DNA from: Zygnema circumcarinatum SAG 698-1b
Taxonomy: Eukaryota > Plantae > Zygnematophyceae
Direction of reading: 5' to 3'
DNA length: 64,000 nucleotides
Assembly (NCBI GenBank): GCA_037447605.1
Contig: CM074805.1
Coordinates: 3,753,361 to 3,817,360 of the forward strand
Below the pieces are notes generated by a model. It did no database searches, was not told where the DNA came from, and worked only from the letters and a program-made list of their open reading frames with translations. A program made the translations under genes and the position numbers. This document shows, in pieces, positions 25,851 through 39,755 of this stretch (position 1 is its first letter; each line of letters opens with the position of its first letter).

Positions 25851-28800
25851 TCAGGGAGTTGGCTTAGCTTGCAAACTCGAGTATCCTCTTTCAGAAGCGG
25901 CGTGGGTCTCCCGCCAGGTCAGTTTGCTCTTGGGAGTGCTCAGTCCATCCGGAACTTGTCCAAGAGGAGATGAGGAACTTTTTGGCGTCCCATTAGTTGA
26001 AGCTTTCCGCGATTCATGGGCACCATTTCCCTCCATGTCCTGGACTTTTGGATTTTTGCCGCTGCTTAACGAGAGATAGTAGTGCATGACACTCGCGGTC
26101 AGCATCAGCATCATCTTGGGGCGAACCTGGAAGTCACACGCAAGAGGTAGCATTGCCATCATTACACAAACAACAAATTCTGGAACAATCATTTGAACAA
26201 AACTCCAGCTGAGTCCATGTCGAACAACAGATAATGTCCTCCTCTGTATCAGAACCGCCACATGGAGAGAGAAGCGGCCCTTGTAGCGAGGAGTTATGCT
26301 GTAGCACAGGTATGCTCGAATTCCTCTCACAGCCTTGCAGCATAGAGGTCTTCTCAAAGACTGTGCAGACACTTGAAAATGAAAAAAATGTTTAGACCAA
26401 AAACTCTTCAACTTGAGAACGACGAAATAATAGACTGCTGCGTGCGCTAATGGTCACCCATAGCTTTTCCACAGTTTCAGTTTTCTTGCGAATTTAAAGT
26501 GCGCCTTACATGAGGTTGATGACATACCTCAACGATGTCATCAGCGACGAGGAAGATAGAGCAGCCGAGCTTGCGGGCCACACTGATGATGTAGTTGGCA
26601 TTTTTTTTCTTCTCTTTATCTGAATCGAAACGGGGAAACCATTCGGGAAAATCCAAAAGAGGGTTCAAAAATTTCTCCAACATTTCTCTTAACTCTGATC
26701 TACGTAAAAACTGCAGTTCTCCCTCGCTCACCAGTTTCGCCCTTTGTGACTAAAGAAAAGTCCACCACCCGGCCATCCACAGCTCCCAAAAGATCGAGGA
26801 AGAAAACTCCGCTGGCGAGGCTCTTGTCCTGCGAGAGGTTCAGATCTCCTGATTTAGGATTTTTTTAGGGCTGACTTTCCACCAGCAAATGCAGGTCCAT
26901 GCTTGAAATTGATCCTTGTCCTTTTGATGCTCCTTGTCCACAACGTCGTCAACTGAGAAAGAACTCAAGTTCCTCGCCCTCTCTCTTCTATCTTGCATAC
27001 ACACCTTGAAGCTGGCCATCCGAGACGCCTTGCCAGCCGCTTTTACCCTCTCATTAGCCCACTGCAGAATGGCAGCATCTGTGACCTCATGGCTCTGCTG
27101 GAGACTCTTCAGCAGCTGCAGCATGTGGAAGCGCATCAGCTGCCAGAGGAATCCTGAGCCCCATATCGCCAATACCCCTCCAAGTGAGCGGCAGACACAA
27201 GGAAGGGACAAATGTGGGTGAGTGATAGGACACAGTAAAACCTAAGGTGTGACTTTTAGATACAGTTCAAGATGATCCCCATACCAGCTCCACATACGGC
27301 AGTAAATACTCGAGAAAACGTTTCCTTGCTAACCTTCGGCTTGGCGAAGGAAAACTTCGTAGTACGAGCACCAGAAAGTACTAGATCGATCAGTACAATC
27401 TGCATCACTACGCTTGACTTATTCTAGTTTCTTTCTGGATATGTACGTTCCACGAGGTTTACAATCAATTGACAGTAGAAACCTTCAAATATTTTCAAAT
27501 TCTGAAGGTGAGGTCTTATGTGGCCTGCGCACCGAGTATGAGTGTTTTGTTGCCAGCAGCGAGATCTTCTCCCGCTATCCCTACCATGGAGAGGCGCATG
27601 TCCTTGCCAATCTGCACCGCCTGGATGCATCTCTCCAGCTTCAGGAAGGGCACCTTCAATGGCGATTTACTGGGCGTCCGGTCCTGCTGAACACATCCGG
27701 GATGCAGCTTCTCCAGAATACTCAACAGAACCATTCTGCAGAGAGCACAACCCTCCCACTTTTCTTGCCTCAGAGGAGCTGCCAACACTGAAAGTTTGTT
27801 GCGGCTAACATGAACGCTGGCTCACCTGATTCGTGATGTAGTCTGTTAATGTAATCAAGTTTTGGCTCTCTGACAGATTCCAAAGAAGAAGAGTCCTAAA
27901 GAAAGCAGTAGACATACCCATCTCTCACAGCCTGTATGAGGTTTCCGCCATAGTCGTCTATGCCCAGACTCATAATCCAGCTGCTCAGCGCCTTCACCTC
28001 TGCAGTCTGCTCCTCCTTTTCTCCCAGCAGTCCCGCCCTGCGCAACTTCGCTTCATCCAGAACGAGCCCATTTCTGCCCGTCCAGGCAACAACACAGTAG
28101 GGGGGCGGGTCAGATTTCGTATGTTACTATATGGAATTTGCTTTGTGGATTAGAAAGAAGGACATTTGATCACTGCTTTGAAAGCAGTACTTCTGATTCT
28201 GCTTTTACTACCAATCTCGCACAAAATCGTTACTGATTTCAAACATCATATGCATGAAATTTTTCAAGTCTGACACCCCGAGTTCTCAGCAACCACTGTT
28301 GAACGGAAACCGAAGAAGTCAGGAGATCTTCCCCGTCACTCTTTGCCCCCGACTTATTCCTCTAGCCTTTCCTCTTGATTCCTTTCAGTTTTCTCTCTCT
28401 TCATTTTACATTCAACCTGCCTTCAACCTGTGGCATTTGAATCTCTCCTTCACCATCCACCCTCCCCATTCTGCCATGGAACCTTACCCTTTCCTCCGTC
28501 AAGTTCAATTCTCATTATTCCCCCATTAATCTTCTCTCCTCTTTCATCCAGTTTCCCTTCACCTTCTTTAATCCATCCCCTCCTATGTATTCACTCTTCA
28601 TTCGTTAACTACTTAATTCCTTCCCTTCCAGTGCCACCAAGGACCCTTCGCGTTTTCACTCCCTTTTTTCTCCCCAAAGGCTGTGGCAGCCTACCTGGTC
28701 TTGAACACATTCGCTACAAAAGCAACATTGAGGGCAGCGGAGCCCTCCAGAGAATTTCGGCCATTAAGGAATTGTCCGCAGCCCAATCTTTCCGCCTGCT

Positions 28801-31355
28801 GGAAAAGACGTGCCGCCCTCTCCTCCCCCTCCACTTCCAGAGGGGAGAGATCGCACTGCTCAGGGGCCAGTTGGTGCAGCAGGCGAGTGTAGGCCTCGCC
28901 ATCCTGCAGGAGCAACTTCAGCAATTTTAGGCACATACTCCCACATCCATGCAAGTTGGATTAGCTGCGGTAGAGAGAAGAATCACTATCCGTTTGCTTC
29001 AACAAAACACAGTCGAGAAGGACGGGAACGACAAAGTCAAATCACCTTGATGTCTGTTGTGAAGTTGTTGATCGTCTTCTTGTAGCCAGTCTTCCTTAGC
29101 TGGTGGTTAATCCATCGCAGTAGCATTGCTTCTGAGGTTAAGCCGGCAAGTTCTTCAAAGTTCTGCACCAGGTGCCGTTTCCTTTCAGTGCTCCAAGCTT
29201 TTTATGATTAATTGAAAGCCTTTTCTTCAACCTTTCTCCAACACATGCCACCAGAACAGAAAGGTCTCAAGCAAACTGTGTGGAAACTTCCTACTGGTTC
29301 TACCTCTTGCTACTGGCAATCCCCACTTCACTTGCACGAAAGCAATAGAATTTATCAATCCGACGCCCAAACTGCATAGTACTCTCACCTCATTGTCGGC
29401 CCAAAGCTCAGTTAACTCGGGAGTTGTTCTAACATTTAAAGGACCCAATAACTGGATCTGTAACAACATTCCCGGGTGAAACAGATGTCAGAGTGTAGTC
29501 ATCTGCTATGCAAAAGCTGATACTGCATATGTAAAATTCGGCCAGTGGCCTTCAACGCACTGCATCTACTTTGAGATCTGAAACCAACCTTTACAATTTG
29601 TGCGATCAGACCAAGAACAAGATGAGGCTGCCCAAAACCCACCCGAGACAGGGAAACCAAAATAAGGACAGGAAGAAAATAATTATTTTTTTCTTAGCCT
29701 TCAGCATCTCGCTCTCGTTAAAAAAAGCATCTAAAAGCTAATAAGGCAGAAAATGCACGAGCCTCCAACTACTGTCTGTCCTCACCTTGCCTTCTGCAAG
29801 GTCTTCTGTGCCAATGTTCACAACAGAGCAACCAATCGCCTTGGCTGAACTCAAGCAGAGAGTGTGGTTCTCCACTCTCTCCCAGGGGTTGAGATTCTCC
29901 TTCATATTAATCACGCGCTCATCTATTGTTCCAGGAACTGCCACATTTATGAGTTTACTGAAACATATCAACAGGGAGCACCGTGCCAATCATGTGTGAG
30001 CTTCAGCTGCGGAGAAACACGGAACAACACAAACATACCCTATCTCCCACATTCCACTCAAAAATAAACTTCAAACTGGGGAAAACGGAAGGTGCTCCTC
30101 ACCAAAGAATGACTCCTTTCTTCACAAGTTCAATGAGTTGATCGGTGTTTGGATCGATAGGTAAAGATTTTCCAAAGTGAGGATCACCCGCCAAAAAATG
30201 ATTGATGTGCTCAACATAAGCGCGTGTTTCAGATTCACTCAAAGTGTGAACTGCTGTGCTCATATTTGACCGGATGAATGCTCTCTTGGCGGCACTTTTT
30301 CGAGGGCTAGCTTTCTTTTTATACCGAGATGACACGTCGTCAAGATCCAATTGAAGCTGCCACACACAGAACGGTGTGCGGTAAAGGGCCAGCATATAGA
30401 CTCAGCACAAATGCACAACATAGTAAAAAAAAATTTACCATGAATACAACAGTAACAGTATTTCATGATTGGGCTTTGAATTCTGAAGAACTGAAAGGGA
30501 CCTATACAAGTCTCCCCTCTACATGTCAGATGAATGGAATTTGCCTAAATGGATTTTTTTGAGATCTTTAATATGAAGAAATCGCACTGGAGTGACCAAA
30601 GATTGCAACATGCAATATTGTCGGTGCATTAGCAAGACAACCACACGATACACGACACATCCATTTCCACCAGTGTTACGCAAATTTTGTCGCACTTAAA
30701 ATGCTAATAGCTGACAATTCAAAACTTACTCTGAGAAAGGCCTCAAAGTTAAACTGGCCTGTCTGCTCCGAGTCGAAGTCATGAAGGAGGTTGCTGACAT
30801 CATTATCATCCAATGCCTCCTGAAATCCAAGCTTTGCAAAGCTGTCCTTCAAGTGCTCCGGAGTGAGAGCGTCGACTCCAGGCTGAATAGATTCAAACTG
30901 CGAACACCGTAGAAAAAAAATAGGGTTGGATGACGGATGTGATATAGAGATGAAACGATCCTTTAACCAAGGAAAAAGCATGGATTCCGAACCCATAAGG
31001 TTAAGCCGAAAAGCAGACAACGCTTTATTACGTCATGGATTCTTAACTTCTTAGAAAAATAGGAATTCACGTTTTAAACGTCGCATTAGAATGTAGTTGC
31101 CTGACTCCAAAAGGTTTGGATTTCTATCAAATAAACATTGGTTCGACTTGCACAATATCTTCATACTTCCATACAGAATCTAAACAGCAAGTATAAGCTG
31201 CTGCATTCTTGAGATTTAAAGAAACGGAAGATTGTGAAGGACAAAGGTACAGGGAACCATGGCCTTACAAGAGTGCGGTGACTGCGCAGCTCCGCCTGAG
31301 TGAACTGCTTCTCCAGAACGGGGTCCCGCACGCTCACTCCCACATACGTCGACAT
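25851..31355 (-). CDS. FIM: Fimbrin (plastin-family actin bundler; EF-hand-like N-terminus plus 4 CH domains), 14 coding exons
   Basis: [25 protein letters not shown]; YVEHINHFL; [17 protein letters not shown]; [21 protein letters not shown]; [10 protein letters not shown]; [14 protein letters not shown]; [18 protein letters not shown]. All junctions are GT-AG. Confidence 0.95.
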
Positions 31356-31657
31356 CCCACAACGCTGACGCCGTCTGCAGAGGAGAGGAGGGCCGACAGC
31401 TGTTCCAGGGAAACTTGCAAAAGGTAGAAATGCAACAACAAGAGCGGACAGGGGGGCGATAGAAGAATGGTGGTGGTAGTAGGGAATGGAGTGCAGCTGC
31501 GGCGGCTCGGCCTGCGCTACAGGCCCGGCCTGACACGGGAGGGAGCAGGCTGCGCAAGGGTACCTGCTGGTGCTGGAGCCTGCAACGCTTGGAGAGGGCG
31601 GTTGAAACCAGCTGGTAATGCGAACAAAAAAAAACTAATGGACTATCTTCTACAACA

Positions 31658-31728
31658 GCGCATTTGGTGTAGTGGTAACATATCACCCTCCCACGGTGAT
31701 GCCGGGGGTTCGATTCCCCCAATGCGCA
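31658..31728 (+). tRNA. tRNA-Gly(CCC)
   Basis: GCGCATTTGGTGTAGTGGTAACATATCACCCTCCCACGGTGATGCCGGGGGTTCGATTCCCCCAATGCGCA. Cloverleaf, anticodon CCC, upstream CAA, downstream TTTT. Confidence 0.93.
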
Positions 31729-32911
31729 CTTTTCCTCAGATACTGAAGTCACCTTGGCAGGTTTTGTCTCCAATTGTTACGTATACAATTATGGTTTCAA
31801 ACTCTGCTTCTGTTCCACACTGAGATTGTATTTTTGTATTTTCTTGTTTGCGGTGGCACTTCTTACTAAAGTAGTATGGCCTTTTTCTTTTCGTCATTTG
31901 TCCATGTACAATTGATGGCATCGCCATCATGAGTTCAATGCCGATTTCTTTCTTTCCTTCGTGCATGTGAGACCAATGCCATCTGGTTCCCTTTTTTTAT
32001 CGCTGATACCTGCACATTCTTCCTTTTTATGACTAAATCTCGATCACTCTCATGTTGATGAATGATAAGTCAAACCAGGAACTCGAAAAACATTGTCAAA
32101 CGAGTCTTGATCGGTCAACATAGCTTAACCTTTTCAAAGTGAACTTTGCAACAAAATATGCTGAAAAATGGGACGCTTTCAATTGTAAAAGTGTGATCTA
32201 CAACTTCGACAGCAGTATAGCAAAACTTGAGCAAAGCTCTTATTCTCCACGTGACAGTCTCTCTGCTTCACAGTGGTTCCGCTTCACATCCAAGTCCAGA
32301 TAACTCCAACCGAGGGCTTGCTCCTTATCTACACTTGATCGGTATGGAGTCTCTGTCCAGTACTCGATGCAAAGTTTTTTACATCAAAAGTCTCTGAAGG
32401 ACCAGTGCAAGATATTGCCAACCCACTGAAAACCTGCTGCTCTCCTCTCCTCCCTCAAAAGCCTTTGCGACATCTTCCTTTCCATCTGCTGAGTTTTCAC
32501 TGCTGGGTGAAAATAATCTAGATGGGGCATGAAAACCAGTCTTCGATTGCTATATCTCACTTTGACTCGCCTCCACAAAGTTTGATTCCTCCTCTGAAAC
32601 TGCTTTCGCGGCTATTTACAGTTTGGCGGCTCCCCCCTGTAAGAAGAGAAAATGGGTCATAGTTGAAAACCCAATATCAGACTCAGTTTGAAGATTGATT
32701 CGAAGAAATGGTTCACATCACATGTGACTTAGCACTACAAGCGGTCACTAATGCTTTTCTCAACCATGAACGCCAGCTCGTACTTGCCTGGCTAAACGAA
32801 CCAGTGGCTGATGCTGTATTTACTTGTCCAGAGGATACATGATGCCCAGCAACTGTATGCTTGGGTATTTCAGATGAGCCTTTTTTCCCTGCGTTGCGTC
32901 ATCCAACAAAG

Positions 32912-33807
32912 CTACGTGTACTTATCCTCAGGAAACCCACGATTCTTCCAAGACAGATTGCAGTGTTCCCCCCCTCACTCGACTCTCACAACCCGCAGGA
33001 TGGAAGCAAGACTCCTTTCTAGGTTTGAAGTTCAACTCACCACCATCGTGCTGTTCGTTGATGATATGAGACCTCTTCCAGACGAAGCTCCGGGGCTTTC
33101 TTGCCAGGGAATTGGGTGAGACAGGAATCCTAGAGAATCAAAATCCAAAACCTTTCAATCGCGTGACAAATGAAAGCGATCTTCCCACAGTCATTCATCG
33201 ACCCAAAGCGAATGATCATAAGCTTACTTCTTTAAGATCCATATTAGCAACATAGAGAAGGCAACCTTGGAGCATGGCGCCTCGAGGATCTACCTGCTTT
33301 CAGATGGAAACGACTTTCTGTATTCGCCTACAGAAGTGACCATAGCCTGTTCAGTAATCTGGTTAGATTTTCGAGTCTTGTACGAATCAACGGGCCGTGG
33401 CACCTTGAAGCAGCTTTCATTCTTGGCAGCCTTATCGAGTAGATGCAACTCATTGATATATCGTCTTTGATTTCTCAGCAAAAGCTTCTCGTCGAATGGG
33501 TCTGGGCAGCAAAGGTAGCTTTCTGAATTTCATCACGAAGGGCACGGGAAGAGTCAGTATTTCCTGATCAGCACCGACTGCCCTGAAGCCCTTCATACAG
33601 CGACATACAAGAGGACCTGTGAATTCCGGTTGCTTCCAAGCCTTCCTACTTTTTTTATTAAGTGAAAGACATGCACAAAGGATGCAAAAGGCACGGGTAA
33701 GTGCTAAATTAAGACAAAAGGTTGCAAAACAATAAATCTTATTGCGACAAGCTTCGATAAATACCTGCGGTAGAAAAGGGAAATCTCCGTTTTCTCGTCC
33801 AAACCAT
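32912..33807 (-). CDS. Possible spliced orphan gene (about 3 exons)
   Basis: GT-AG-compatible joins of ~33807-33765, ~33522-33294 and ~33129-32912 give an open frame MVWTRKRRFPFSTAESYLCCPDPFDEKLLLRNQRRYINELH. A GC island lies upstream at 34400-35200. No homology recognised. Confidence 0.25.
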
Positions 33808-34848
33808 CCTTGCCAGAGTCCTTCAGTTTCGATTTGAAGCTTTTATGTTGTTGAGTTCTCAAGTTCGAATGGTCTTACACATTAGTAACTGCACTTACTT
33901 GAAAACGGAATAGAGTTTGAAGAAGGAAGAAGTGAAAGGGCATGAGGTTAGAATTACGATCAACTATCCTCAATGTAGGGTTGCGTATGACGTTTCATGT
34001 AGTGAAACGACATGAGCGTGCTTAACTTGACCTAAGATTGCAAAACTTACGAGAACCGAAGTATTTTGTTTCATTTTACCATTGAAATTCTTAACGGTGG
34101 CTATGCATGCTCGACCATAAAAACGACGGGGAAACTAGCGAGGGGATGATGGAAGTGCATTTCCAAGTACAAATGAAATTCTCTTGGGGCATCCTATTAG
34201 CAGAGCATTGCGAATACATCCCACAGAAAGGAAGAAACCACCTTAGAAGGAATGTATTATAATATTAATGATTTACATCCTTCCTATGAAAACATTCCAC
34301 GATGCTTCAAAACCAAGAGACACACTTCGACAAGCTTCAAAACTTGCAACTACCCTGCAAGCCTTCCCCTCCCCCGCCACACCCCCCTAGCAGACCATCC
34401 AGATTCTCTCGCCTACCTGGAAGCCTACTGAGCACGCACAGTTCCATTCCAAGTTCTCTCTGTTCTGCCTGTTCTTCACCTGCAAGCCTCCCAGCCCCTA
34501 ACAGGCCTCCAGCGAACCGAGAGCTGCACCGTCCGCGCCGCGTGGGGCGAGCGCAGGCGGCAAGAGCGGGCGGAGGGCGCGGCTGCAGGGCGGCGCGGCG
34601 CAGGGCAACAGCCCTAGCAGTAGCGGGCAGCGCCGCGCGGGGGGGCACCTCGCATGGCCGCCGAGGCGGGCGGGGCGGGGCGAGGGGAGGAGTGGGGAGG
34701 AGAGAGAAGGGCCTCTCCTTGGCGCGCCGCCTTGCGCCTCGCCTCGCCGGCATGGCGTGGGCCCGCCCCGCTCCCGCCCCCGCCCTCCGCCATCGCCACC
34801 GCGTCCGTACCGTACCGTCGACCACTGTGGGACAGAAGGCACTCCCAG

Positions 34849-34886
<38 letters not shown>

Positions 34887-35378
34887 TCGCCGGTTCCAGC
34901 ATCTGCCGCCACCATCGCCCGCTCGCGTCCATCCCGCTACAGCCCGCGATTGGACGGAGGTGAATCGCCTAATTTGTCCTGCACCGTCCGTCCGTACGTC
35001 GCCGTTTGTCAAGTGTACGGCCTGCTACGGCCACCTGCTGCGAGGCTGGCGGCAGCCCTACAGGCGCGCCTCTGGGCCGGTCGGCGTCCCTCGCACGCGC
35101 ATTGGCTGCCGCAGTCGGCGGCGAGCGCCTCCATTATAGCGCGCCCTCTCAGCACCCGCCTGCCCGCCGGGCCGCGCCATGGCCGGCCTCGGGCCGGGAC
35201 TGACTGGACTGAGAGGCGGAGGCAGAGGCAGAGGCAGAGGTAGAGGCAGAGTCAGTGGCAGACCGCCGGAGGACTCGCTCCTCTCCTCGGAACGAACCCT
35301 AAAAAGACTCCCTCTTATCCTCCTAATCCTGTGTCCTGCACATCCCTTTCTCTTCCACCTCTCGTAGCAGACGGCTCC

Positions 35379-38300
35379 ATGACGGAAGCGTGGGTGCCTC
35401 CCCCAGCGGGGCAGGTGGCGGGGCCGTACGGGAGGCTGGGAGAGGACGAGAAAGTGGAGGTGAACTCCTTCCGAAGCGGTTCCGCGTACGTGCGGGCTCT
35501 CCTGCAGACGCCGAAGCGCTGCGTCGCACGGATGGGCGCCACGTGGACGAGGGAGGCGGAGATGGAAGCTGCCAAGAGTCACTCGGGGGCCGACATGAAG
35601 CGGCACCTGAACTGGTTCGACATGTTCTGCTTTGGAGTGGGCTCCATTGTTGGCGGCGGAATCTTTATTTCCTCGGGAGAGGTGGGTGGCTGGATGAAGG
35701 AGGACTCGTTAGGTTAGGGCCATTAGAAAGTTAGCCTTTCATAACTTTTTCTGGGACGGGGTTTTGTGGGATTAGAAGTCACAATGTTGGGAGAGGCTGG
35801 GGTGGGCCCAATGAATGAAAGGTTCTGAATGCACTTTTTGAAGAGCTATGAGCTCGAACGTTTTATATTGTAGTTGAAGAACGATGGTTTAACCTCCTCG
35901 CATGTATGCTAATTGAGCTTACACTAAGATGGGAGACACTTGGCCAGCAGAAGCGGACAAATGGATTGAACTGATTGCAACAACGAAATCATTGTGATGC
36001 CAATTGTCAGACTTAGTTTGAAATTAGGAAGACAAGCTCAGCATTTCGTATCCTGGAGTCTCAAAACTTTAATAAAAAAAAATAATGCGATGCAATGTGC
36101 AGGTGGCCCATGACTTGGCGGGCCCCGCGATCATCGTCTCATATGCAATCGCGGGCATGGCGGCCCTTCTCTCAGCCATGTGCTTTGCCGAGTTCGCGGT
36201 GGAGATTCCGTCAGCCGGCGGAGCCTACAGCTACATCCGCATTGCATTTGGTGAGAAGAGACAGCAAGTTGGAATTCCAAACGTGTTCCCAATCAGATGG
36301 TCCCTATCATTCGCACGCATACAAAACTCAATACCCCCCAACCCTCCATGTGTTTGTCTTTCCTTCTACTCCCTTTTCTTGTGGTGGTGGTATCTTCATT
36401 CGGCAGGTGAATTTGTTTCTTTCCTAGCGGGCTGTGCTATCATTGGAGGATTGCTTTCGGGCCCGCCTGCGATAGCGCGTGCATTCACGTCGTACCTTTG
36501 CACAGTGTTCGGAAACGATGACACCAATGCTTGGCGCATTCACGTAGAATGGCTTCCAGAGAACTTGAACGAGCTTGACTTTCCGGCTGTCGGCTTGCTA
36601 TTGCTCCTCACTGGGATCTCCTGCTACAGGTAGAACACTCACATCCCTGCCTCTAGTCCTGTTAGGGCAAGCTGCTTAAGGATCAATAAAATTGATAACA
36701 AACTGAGGTTTTTTATGAATGGCAGCTGAGAAAAAATGTGGTAGCATGGCGGATGAACTTGCAGTTCAAAGGAGAGCTCCACCTTCAACATCATTACTAC
36801 AATAGTTCACATCGGCTTCATCCTCTTCATTATCGTGGCTGGTTTCGTGTATGGAAACGCAGAGAATCTCGTTCAGGCAAGTCCCGGAGGCTTCTTTTAT
36901 AAACTAAGCAATTTTCCCGCAGTCTAAAGGCGTGTCATTTCTTGCTTCCCTGGAAAGCTTACTTCCATAGGCCGTGCTTTTCTCGTCTTTCAGTTAACAA
37001 AAAATAGCCTGTTACTGAGTCAAAGCCGGCTCTTAAAACCTCCCTTCTCGTTGCTTCTCCTTGACATTGCCCACAAACAGGCGAGCAGCCCTTCATACCC
37101 AAGTGGGTTTTTTCCTTACGGCCTTTCTGGCGTATTCAGTGGAGCCTCGGTTGCCTTCTTCAGCTACATCGGATACGACTGTGTGGCCACCATGGCAGAA
37201 GAGTGCGATAATCCCGGGTTCACTATGCCAACGGGTATTGTAGGAAGCCTCCTGTTTTCTGGGGCTATCTTCTGCTCCATGGTGGCCTCACTTGTCTATC
37301 TGCAGCCATACAATCTTGTAAGTTGCCGAAAGCTAATTTCAATTGGCTGAGTTCCGACAACCTACAAAGGAGATCGTCCTGCTTATTTGATTTTTTGTGA
37401 AGTTCGAACGCGTTGACAGTGACCCCATCAATTTGGTTAGGTTCGCCGACAGCAGTATCATGCTCTCAACCTTGGAGAGAAATACGACCGTTGTCTAACC
37501 AATCTAACATCCATCCAGAAACCCTTTTCATGTACTGCTGGACCGTGTCCAAAATAATGATGCTTACTTGCCCTTCTTTGGCGGTAATAGTTGAAAGCTG
37601 ATGTTTGCAATCCGTCCTTCCTTTTACAGATAGACGTTGACGCGCCGTATGCCGTTGCTTTCGATTACGCCGGAGTGCGATACGCGACGCAAATAGTGGG
37701 AATTGGGGCAGTTCTGGGAACAATCACAGCCTCCATGACGGGCATCATTAGCAGCGGACGATACCTCACGGCGATGGGCAGAGCTGTCGTCATCCCGCCA
37801 TGGTTTGCGAAAGTGAATGCAAAAACAGGAACTCCCATCAACGCGCACATAGCAGCATGTCAGTATCCACTGCTTTCTTCCTTCTTCAAGTCTCCCTGAA
37901 TGTGATCTGAGGGAATTTTTGTCGCCCTCTTCCACGTCGAATCCATGCATCTCTCCGATCTTGAAAGTTCGTAGAATCTGGATGTTTGGAGGGAGTGCTC
38001 GTCCACAGCCCATATTTAAATTATGTCTCTCTCCCCTTCGACTGTTGATGCAGTCATTCCAATGGCACTCGTCGGCCTTTTTGTGGATACCAACGTGTTG
38101 GTGAACATCAACTCCGCACTTGTGCTATTCGCGTACTCTCTTGTTGCTGCCGCTCTTATCGTCTATCGCTCCCACACGCAAGGAGGAGCAAGCCTCATGG
38201 CCACATACCTCTACCTCACAGCCTTTATCGTCACCACGATCGCCTTCACCTTCGTCTACCAATTGAATTCTGCAAGCTATGGTGCTCTGATTGCTTTGGG

Positions 38301-38592
38301 AGGTCTGTGCATCATAGAGACTGCCACCTATGCCTTCATGTGCTGCCGCCAAGTGCCCAGTCCGCGCACATGGGGGGTCCCCTGCATGCCATACTTTGCA
38401 GCTTTGAGCGTGTTCACATGCGTCTTCCTCTTGGGTTCGTTCAACGTTACGTCGGATGCGAATCCCCTTGCACCCTTCGCATGTATCCTCGGTGCAGCCG
38501 TATTGATGTACTTGTTGTATAGTGTGCACGCCTCGTGGGACTATGCGCATAGTATCAAACCGAGTCCTGAAATTGAGATTGCTGAGAAATAG
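35379..38592 (+). CDS. CAT: Cationic amino-acid transporter (APC superfamily, plant CAT-like); exons ~35379-35680, 36103-36250, 36407-36629, 36765-36876, 37081-37317, 37630-37858, 38054-38592
   Basis: MKRHLNWFDMFCFGVGSIVGGGIF; AGPAIIVSYAIAG..ALLSAMCFAEFAVEIPSAGGAYSY; GFFPYGLSGVFSGASVAFFSYIGYD; PPWFAKVNAKTGTPINA; WGVPCMPY. Confidence 0.93.
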
Positions 38593-39702
38593 GCCCACTT
38601 GGTAGTGTTGATTATGTGAATATGCAGAGGTGTAATTGTTTAGTCGCTAGCAGCAAAGCTGCACTGTAGCTGAAAGGTCAATTTTGTTATTATTTTTTTA
38701 GGATTAGTTTGTAGGTTTTTCTTGTATCACGGTACTATATTTACATCACAAGTGCGTGAGAACATTGGTCAACAAGACTTGATGCTCCCGCTCATGGTAT
38801 GTTGTTAGGATGGCGTTTTGTGACCATGTCTTTACTAGCGGTGGCAACGTCAAGACTCAGAAGTCCTTAACTTGGAAATGGAAAATCCTAGATGTCACCT
38901 GATTACTAAAAATGAGACTTCTAGTCATCGCCTAAAGTTCTTAGCGATTGACAAATGACTTACTAAGAAATGACTGCACACATCCAGTAAAATTGGTCAG
39001 GTTTTTATTTGACCCTTTCAGCATGTTAGACGCATCTCACTCACATTTATCATGATGCTTTTGCTGTTGGTCATACCCCAGTTAGTAATCACGCCTGGTA
39101 AGGACGTCTTGAGTTGGTCACAACTGACTGACTGAGAACCTTTCAACTAGTCATTTTTTGACCAAGGGTGGCGCCAATGGTTGACCCGGAAGGCACATTC
39201 CGTGGCAGCCCTGACTAAGACCCTGTCGGGGTTTCATGATTTCGCGTTCCGAAATATGTGACACGCGTTTACCGCACATGAATCAGTCCGCCTGGGCCAA
39301 ACCCCGGACTACGGTATGAACACACCCCAACGTATGGTGGTGGCCGTAGCGCCTTATTTTTACCGCAGTACGGCTCGGTAAGGACACACATCATTCGTAC
39401 GACAGCGGCCCTGCCACGTGTCCCTATGCTGAGGCCGTACAACCTATGGATGGGTCTGGCGGGCACTGGGCAGAGGCAGCTCTGGAGAAGCGTCCGTCTG
39501 GAGGCTCTGCAGGGCTGCGTGCCTGCCCCTCCCGCCCCACCTCTTGGCTGGGCACTGGAAGGCGTGAGGAGGCATGATTGCGGGACGACGAGCAGGATTT
39601 ATGCTGTATAAAGAGGCGAGGAATATGGAGATATAAGTTTGTTCGAGGTTGTTTGCAGGCCTTTTTGGAAATTAGGGGAATTCTGTTGCAGAATACACAC
39701 GT

Positions 39703-39713
39703 TTTTAGGGTTT
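39703..39713 (-). promoter_or_regulatory. Telo-box (AAACCCTAA) upstream of UBL5
   Basis: TTTAGGGTTT about 45 bp before the ATG. Telo-boxes are typical of plant housekeeping and translation genes. Confidence 0.5.
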
Positions 39714-39755
39714 CCCTGCCTGTTGGGAGAGGCAGGAAGAGCTTAGCAGGTCGCA

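Noticed and set aside
34302-35243. 313-aa ORF and overlapping ORFs
   Set aside because: GC-rich promoter island with (CCCATG)n and (GGCAGA)n repeats; open in several frames.
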